A stretch of DNA of 64,000 nt, taken from assembly GCF_965222475.1 (NCBI RefSeq), contig NZ_CBDCUB010000001.1, positions 810,982 through 874,981 on the forward strand, given 5' to 3'. Origin of the DNA: Candidatus Palauibacter sp. Lineage in GTDB: Bacteria; Gemmatimonadota; Gemmatimonadetes; Palauibacterales; Palauibacteraceae. The notes beneath the pieces were generated by a model that was not told the DNA's origin, searched no databases, and saw only the letters and a program-made list of their open reading frames with translations. Shown piece by piece: positions 59,056-64,000 of the stretch. The translations under genes were made by a program, and so were the position numbers. Position 1 is the first letter of the stretch. Each line of letters starts with the position of its first letter.

Positions 59056-59720
59056 GCGGTCCTCCGCTCGCCGCGCCGCCCGCTCCATTCCCGGTCATCC
59101 TCGCGGGACCCTCCGGCGCGGGGAAGACGACGCTACGCGACCGCCTCCTCGACGAACCCGGATCCCCGTACCTGTTCTCGGTCTCGATGACGACACGGTC
59201 GCCGCGCCCGGGGGAGCGGGAAGGCGTCGACTACCGGTTCGTCTCGCACGCCGATTTCGAAGCCCTCGCGAAGGACGGGGCGCTGCTCGAGCACGCCGCC
59301 GTCCACGGCGAACGGTACGGGACCCCGCGGGACAACCTGGACCGGGCCCGGGAGGCCGGGGCGCGCCTCCTGCTCGACATCGACGTGCAGGGGGCACGGC
59401 AGGTCCGTCGGGCCGCGCCGGAGGCCGTCTCGATCTTCATCGTGCCGCCGACCGCCGACCGCATCGTCCGGCAGCTCCGGGGCCGGGGGAGCGAAACGCC
59501 GGCGCAACTGGAACGGCGGCTTGCGGGAGCCCGCGCCGAACTGGAGGCGGCGGCGGAGTTCGACTACCTCGTCGTCAACGACCGGATCGAGGACGCCGTG
59601 GCGGCGGTGTCGTCCGTCGTGGCCACGCACCGCGGCCCGGCGGGGCGCCTCGGGGCTGCGGACCGCGAGTACGTGGCGCGGATCGTTCGGGAGTTGGATC
59701 GGATTCGAGGCGAGTGGTAG
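59052..59720 (+). CDS. gmk: Guanylate kinase
   Basis: GTG start overlaps the yicC stop (GTGA). P-loop GPSGAGKTT and NMP-binding/LID elements are present. Confidence 0.9.
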   Translation: MSGPPLAAPPAPFPVILAGPSGAGKTTLRDRLLDEPGSPYLFSVSMTTRSPRPGEREGVDYRFVSHADFEALAKDGALLEHAAVHGERYGTPRDNLDRAREAGARLLLDIDVQGARQVRRAAPEAVSIFIVPPTADRIVRQLRGRGSETPAQLERRLAGARAELEAAAEFDYLVVNDRIEDAVAAVSSVVATHRGPAGRLGAADREYVARIVRELDRIRGEW

Positions 59721-59800
59721 GTTCAGGAGTCAGGAGTGCGCGCCGCCGGTTCGGGGGCGCGATCTCGATGGGACGATGGAGAGGATGACGGAGAGCTAGA

Positions 59801-60022
59801 ATGAAGGTGTTCACACCGGACGCCGTCGCGGAGGCGGCTTCGAACAAGTATCTGGGCGTGCTCGTGGCCGCGAAGTATGCGCGCGAGCTCAATGCGCTTC
59901 CGCTCGAGAGTTCGCCGTACGGGGCGAACAAGCTCACGACGGTCGCGGCCGAGGCGCTGACGTCGGGAGAGAAGAAGCTGCAGTACCGGCTGGTCCGAAC
60001 GCGCTCGTCCTTCACCCGCTAG
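59801..60022 (+). CDS. rpoZ: RNA polymerase omega subunit
   Basis: 73 aa. …NKYLGVLVAAKYARELNA… is the RpoZ signature. The yicC-gmk-rpoZ-coaBC order is conserved. Confidence 0.85.
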   Translation: MKVFTPDAVAEAASNKYLGVLVAAKYARELNALPLESSPYGANKLTTVAAEALTSGEKKLQYRLVRTRSSFTR

Positions 60023-60040
60023 CCGGCTGCGGGATCGACC

Positions 60041-61246
60041 GTGCGACCCTTTGACGGTCGTCGCGTCCTCCTTGTCGTCTCCGGCGGGATCGCCGCCTAC
60101 AAGAGCGCGGTTCTCGCGCGCCGGCTGATCGAAGGGGGCGCCGCCGTTGACGTCATCCTGACGGAATCGGCGGAGCGTTTCGTCGGTCGGGTGACGTTCG
60201 AAGGCATCACGGGCCGGCGCGCGAACACGTCACTGTGGGACCGGCCGATGGCGCACCTGGACCTCGGGCGCGAAGCGGACGTCGTCGTCATCGCGCCGGC
60301 CAGCGCCGACCTCATCTCCAGGCTCGCCGCCGGCGCCGCCGACGATCTGGCGACGGCGACCGTGCTGGCCGCGCGCGGCCCCGTGATCGTCTGTCCCGCG
60401 ATGAATACGCGCATGTGGGAGCACCCGGCGACCCGCGCGAACGTGGGGCGGCTGGTCGAGTTCGGCTGCACGATCGCGGGTCCGGCCGACGGGCCGCTCG
60501 CCGAAAGAGAGAGCGGGCCGGGGCGCCTCCTCGAACCCGAACGGATCGTGCCGGCGATCGCGCGGGAGCTGGAGTCCGCGAAGGGGCTCCGGGGGCGCAA
60601 GGTGGTGGCGACGGCGGGTCCGACGCGGGCCGCGCTCGATCCGGTGCGTTTCATCTCGAACCGTTCCTCCGGCCGCATGGGGTTCGCGCTCGCCGAGGCG
60701 GCGTGGCGGCGAGGGGGCGATGTGACGCTGATCAGCGGGCCCGGCGCCGCGCCGCGTCCCCCCGGCCCGCGGCTGGTGGAGGTCGAGACGACCCGGGAGA
60801 TGCTGGCCGCGCTGGAGACCGCGTTGACGGACGCCGAGATTCTTCTCATGGCTGCGGCCGTGGGTGATTTCGAGCCGGCCGCGGAAGCCGCCTCCAAGAT
60901 CAGGAAGACGGATGGGGGGCTCGATCTCACCCTGCGTGAGGGACCGGACCTGTTGATGGAGACCCGCGCACTCCGCGCCGAGAAGCGTATCTTCACGCTC
61001 GGCTTCGCGCTCGAGACGGACGACCTTCCTGCCCGCGGCCGGGAGAAGCTGGAGCGCAAGGGGATGCAGCTCGTGGCGGTCAATTCGGCCCTCGAGCCGG
61101 ATGCGGGCTTCGAGTCCGCGACGAACCGCATCACGCTCATCGATCGGGCGGGGGTGTCGGAGGAATTGCCGCTGGCGAACAAGACCGAATTGGCGGACCA
61201 GCTCCTGGACCGGATCGAGGCTTCGATCGCGGCGGCGGAGGCGTGA
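60041..61246 (+). CDS. coaBC: Bifunctional phosphopantothenoylcysteine decarboxylase/synthetase
   Basis: 401 aa. N-terminal flavoprotein (…VLLVVSGGIAAYKSAVLARRL…PAMNTRMWEHP…) and C-terminal CoaB (…ATAGPTRAALDPVRFISNRSSGRMG…) domains are present. Confidence 0.9.
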   Translation: MRPFDGRRVLLVVSGGIAAYKSAVLARRLIEGGAAVDVILTESAERFVGRVTFEGITGRRANTSLWDRPMAHLDLGREADVVVIAPASADLISRLAAGAADDLATATVLAARGPVIVCPAMNTRMWEHPATRANVGRLVEFGCTIAGPADGPLAERESGPGRLLEPERIVPAIARELESAKGLRGRKVVATAGPTRAALDPVRFISNRSSGRMGFALAEAAWRRGGDVTLISGPGAAPRPPGPRLVEVETTREMLAALETALTDAEILLMAAAVGDFEPAAEAASKIRKTDGGLDLTLREGPDLLMETRALRAEKRIFTLGFALETDDLPARGREKLERKGMQLVAVNSALEPDAGFESATNRITLIDRAGVSEELPLANKTELADQLLDRIEASIAAAEA

Positions 61247-62031
61247 GCCGGCCGGCAGCGGAGGCCCGGGCGCGCGCCCGGACGTTCCTGGCGCAGACGC
61301 TGTCCGCCGAGGGGAACGTGCTCATGCTCGAACACGCCACGCGAGATGAGGTCGTGCGGCGGCTGGCGTCCGCGGGACGGACCGCTCCGACGCGAGGCTC
61401 CGTTGCCCCCGGCGGCGGCGCCGCGGTGGAGGTCACGAACGCACGGATCGCGGAGGCGCCGGACCTGGAGGGGCTGGCGCGGCTCGTGGCGAGCTGTTCC
61501 CGGTGCCCGCTGCACGCGACCCGCAAGAACGCCGTGTTCGGCGAGGGGGCGGCGGAGGCCCGCGTCGTGTGCGTGGGGGAGGCCCCCGGCGCCCGCGAGG
61601 ACGAGACGGGACGTCCCTTCGTGGGTCGGGCCGGCAGCCTGCTCGACCGGCTCCTGATGTCGATCGGTCTCCCCCGAACGTCGGTCTACATCTGCAACGT
61701 CCTGAAGTCCCGTCCGCCGCGGAACCGCGACCCGCTCCCCGAGGAAGTCGCCGCCTGCGCGCCGTATCTCGTGCGGCAGCTCGCGCTCATCCAACCCGAC
61801 GTGATCGTCGCGTTCGGTGCCTTCGCGGCGCGCACCCTGCTCGAGACGAAGTCGGCGCTGGGCCGGCTGAGGGGGCGCGCACACCGGTATGCGGGATATC
61901 CCGTCATCGTCACGTATCACCCGGCGGCGCTCCTCAGGAACCCGGGCTGGATCCGGCCGACCTGGGAGGACCTGCAGAAGGTGCGCCGCATGCTCGACGG
62001 CGCCGACGAGAGTGAGGTACGCCTTGGCTGA
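61243..62031 (+). CDS. Uracil-DNA glycosylase, family 4
   Basis: GTG overlaps the coaBC stop (GTGA). The Fe-S Cys motif and GEAPG (…CSRCPLHATRKNAVFGEGAAEARVVCVGEAPGAREDETGRPFVGRAG…), plus HPAALLR, are present. Confidence 0.8.
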   Translation: MSRPAAEARARARTFLAQTLSAEGNVLMLEHATRDEVVRRLASAGRTAPTRGSVAPGGGAAVEVTNARIAEAPDLEGLARLVASCSRCPLHATRKNAVFGEGAAEARVVCVGEAPGAREDETGRPFVGRAGSLLDRLLMSIGLPRTSVYICNVLKSRPPRNRDPLPEEVAACAPYLVRQLALIQPDVIVAFGAFAARTLLETKSALGRLRGRAHRYAGYPVIVTYHPAALLRNPGWIRPTWEDLQKVRRMLDGADESEVRLG

Positions 62032-63409
62032 TACCGCACTCAGCCTCCCGAGCGAGTCCATCGGCGGACGTCGGGCCCCCTGGTCCGAAGAGGCCGAGCT
62101 TTCGGTCCTCGGAGCCATGCTGATCGACGCCGACGCCGTCGCCGTGGCGCTCGAACTCGTCAACGACGCCGGGTTCCACCGCGAAGGGAATCGACGGATC
62201 TTCCGCGCCATGGTGCGGCTCTACGGCCGCGGCGACGTGATCGACGCAGTCACACTCTCGGACGAACTGAAGACGGCGGGGGAACTCGAGGCCGTCGGCG
62301 GCATGGCCTACCTGGCGAGGCTCGTGGATGCGGTGCCCACCGCCGCCAACGTCGCCTATCACTGCCGCATTCTGCGCGACAAGTCCGTTCTCCGGCGCCT
62401 CATCTCCAGCGCCACCGAGATCATCCAGGAGGCGTACGAGGCGCCCTCGGGCGAGGTCGACGAGACGCTCGACCGGGCCGAGCAGAAGGTCTTCGAGATC
62501 GCGCAGGCCGAGGAACGCGGCGGCTTCGCCCGCATCAAGGAAATCCTTCGCTCGACGATGGACCGGATCGATGAATTGACGCGGAATCCGGGCTCGATCA
62601 CGGGTGTTCCGACCGGGTTCCCGGAGCTGGACCGGATGACGGCGGGCTTCCAGCCGGCCGACCTCATCGTCCTCGCGGGCCGTCCCTCGATGGGGAAGAC
62701 GGCGCTCGCCCTGAACATCGCCCAGCACACCGCGATCGACGAAGATGTGCCGGTCGCGATCTTCTCGCTCGAGATGTCGCGCGAGTCGCTCGTCCAGCGG
62801 ATGCTGTGCGCCGAGTCGAAGGTGGATTCGAGCCGCGTGAGGACCGGGCGCCTGTCGACGGACGATTTCACGCGGCTGGCGCGCGGGGCGGGACACCTGA
62901 ATACGGCCCCGATCTGGATCGACGACACCCCGGGGATCTCGCCCATCGAGCTTCGGGCGAAGATTCGGCGGCTGCACGCCGAGGCCGGCGTGGGACTCGT
63001 CGTGCTCGACTACATGCAGCTCATGTCGGGAGGAGACAGGGCCGAGAATCGACAGCAGGAGATCAGCGCCATCTCCCGTTCCCTCAAGGGGATCGCTAAG
63101 GAGGTCGGCGTGCCCCTGCTCGCGCTCTCGCAGCTGTCGCGGGCGCCGGAACAGCGCGAGGGGAACCGCCCGCGGCTCTCGGACCTGCGCGAATCGGGAG
63201 CCATCGAGCAGGACGCCGACGTGGTCCTCTTCATCTTCCGGGAGGAGATGCATCGCAAGCCCGAGGAGATCGAGGAGAAGGGGCTGGCGGGGAAGGCCGA
63301 ACTCATCGTCGGGAAGCAGCGCAACGGGCCGACCGGGAGCGTGGATCTCTACTTCCACAAGGCCTTCACGGCGTTCGAATCCGTGTCCAGGCGCGCGGAA
63401 CCCGACTAG
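62024..63409 (+). CDS. dnaB: Replicative DNA helicase DnaB
   Basis: TTG 62024 overlaps the udg stop. Walker A GRPSMGKTALALN, Walker B …LVVLDYMQLM…, the arginine finger and the N-terminal helical domain are present. The table ORF is extended upstream to 61889. Confidence 0.9.
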   Translation: MADTALSLPSESIGGRRAPWSEEAELSVLGAMLIDADAVAVALELVNDAGFHREGNRRIFRAMVRLYGRGDVIDAVTLSDELKTAGELEAVGGMAYLARLVDAVPTAANVAYHCRILRDKSVLRRLISSATEIIQEAYEAPSGEVDETLDRAEQKVFEIAQAEERGGFARIKEILRSTMDRIDELTRNPGSITGVPTGFPELDRMTAGFQPADLIVLAGRPSMGKTALALNIAQHTAIDEDVPVAIFSLEMSRESLVQRMLCAESKVDSSRVRTGRLSTDDFTRLARGAGHLNTAPIWIDDTPGISPIELRAKIRRLHAEAGVGLVVLDYMQLMSGGDRAENRQQEISAISRSLKGIAKEVGVPLLALSQLSRAPEQREGNRPRLSDLRESGAIEQDADVVLFIFREEMHRKPEEIEEKGLAGKAELIVGKQRNGPTGSVDLYFHKAFTAFESVSRRAEPD

Positions 63410-64000
63410 TGCGGGTCGGGGCGGTCATCGTCGCGGCGGGACGGGGCCGGCGGTTCGGGGACGGGCGACCCAAACAGTTCGTGGAGCTGGGCGGCGCGCC
63501 CGTGCTCGCGTGGTCGGTGCGGGCGTTCGCGGCGCACCCGGAGGTGGAGCGGGTCGTCGTCGTGCTGTCGCCGGCGCGGGCGGCGGCACCGCCCGCGTGG
63601 CTTCCGGAAGGGGTGACGGTCGTGCCGGGCGGCGTGGCCCGGGCCGATTCGGTTCGGGCCGGCGTCGGCGCCCTGGCGGAGGAGATCGATGTCGTCCTCG
63701 TGCACGACGGAGCCCGGCCCTTCCCCTCGGCCGCTCTCATCTCCCGCGTCATCGGATCGGCGGGGCGCGGTCCGGTCATTCCCGTGATCGGGATCGAGGA
63801 CACGGTGAAGCGGGTCGATGGCCGGGGACGGGTCGCGGAGACGGTCCCGCGCGAAGACCTCCGGCGGGTGCAGACGCCGCAGGGGTTCCCCCGTGAGGTG
63901 CTGGCGCGGACCCACGCGCTCGGGGACGGGGCCGCGTGGGCGGAGCACGACGCGGCCAGCCTCACGGACGACGCGATGCTGTGCGAACTTCTCGGGATCG
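63409..64000 (+). CDS. ispD: 2-C-methyl-D-erythritol 4-phosphate cytidylyltransferase (5' part; runs off the window)
   Basis: GTG 63409 overlaps the dnaB TAG. VIVAAGRGRRFG (nucleotide-binding) and VHDGARP are present. It is not in the ORF table because no stop falls in the window. Confidence 0.8.
   Translation, partial: MRVGAVIVAAGRGRRFGDGRPKQFVELGGAPVLAWSVRAFAAHPEVERVVVVLSPARAAAPPAWLPEGVTVVPGGVARADSVRAGVGALAEEIDVVLVHDGARPFPSAALISRVIGSAGRGPVIPVIGIEDTVKRVDGRGRVAETVPREDLRRVQTPQGFPREVLARTHALGDGAAWAEHDAASLTDDAMLCELLGI

Overview
This is a 64 kb window of very GC-rich (~70%) bacterial chromosome, densely coding and mostly on the + strand. The antisense frames carry long Arg/Pro/Gly-rich shadow ORFs that I treat as artefacts. 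Gene content and Tat/Sec signal peptides suggest a Gram-negative-type lineage, possibly Gemmatimonadota-like, yet several operons keep Bacillus- or E. coli-like order (thrS / infC-rpmI-rplT-pheS-pheT-zapA, folD-xseA-xseB-ispA-nadK-recN, yicC-gmk-rpoZ-coaBC-udg-dnaB-ispD). Many junctions are 4-nt ATGA/GTGA/TTGA start-stop overlaps.

Housekeeping features: ThrRS; IF-3 (GTG start, preceded by a leader terminator); L35 and L20; PheRS alpha/beta; a coiled-coil ORF plus ZapA, followed by a terminated ~190-nt structured intergenic region (6S-RNA-like by position); RNase Y; FolD; ExoVII large and small subunits; FPP/GGPP synthase; NAD kinase; RecN; tRNA-Cys(GCA); a CAX Ca2+/H+ exchanger; citrate synthase; leucyl aminopeptidase; YicC; Gmk; RpoZ; CoaBC; family-4 UDG; DnaB; IspD (partial).

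The accessory stretch (~19-48 kb) holds:
- a PIN/VapC-like toxin with no canonical start codon, paired with an unusual 148-aa upstream gene;
- a trio of exported hydrolases (Tat-signal amidase-signature enzyme, beta-lactamase-fold serine hydrolase, DmpA/S58 aminopeptidase) around tRNA-Leu(CAA);
- a membrane-anchored protein built from nine near-perfect 33-bp tandem repeats (11-residue repeats);
- a >1100-aa BNR/sortilin-like protein with one apparent frameshift and a Gly-rich tail;
- a membrane TolB-N/TPR-like protein;
- a lower-GC defence-type island (30.3-36.3 kb): an intact MmeI-like Type IIG restriction-modification fusion (PD-ExK endonuclease, NPPY gamma-class N6-adenine methyltransferase, C-terminal specificity region); a ~50% GC orphan 243-aa ORF translationally coupled to it; and a convergent Schlafen-like AlbA_2 + HATPase_c_4 protein with a novel C-terminal module;
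- a Tat-signal PLP aminotransferase, a crotonase, and an RND efflux locus (adaptor, TolC-like outer membrane protein, two tandem RND permeases).

The 48-52 kb region is notable for a cluster of apparent frameshifts, all at G-runs, plus a truncation. It affects a lipoprotein cyclophilin, a TrkA-N remnant, ETF-ubiquinone oxidoreductase and a flavoprotein oxidoreductase. This is either genuine gene decay or local sequence error. No CRISPR array, integrase or transposase was seen.
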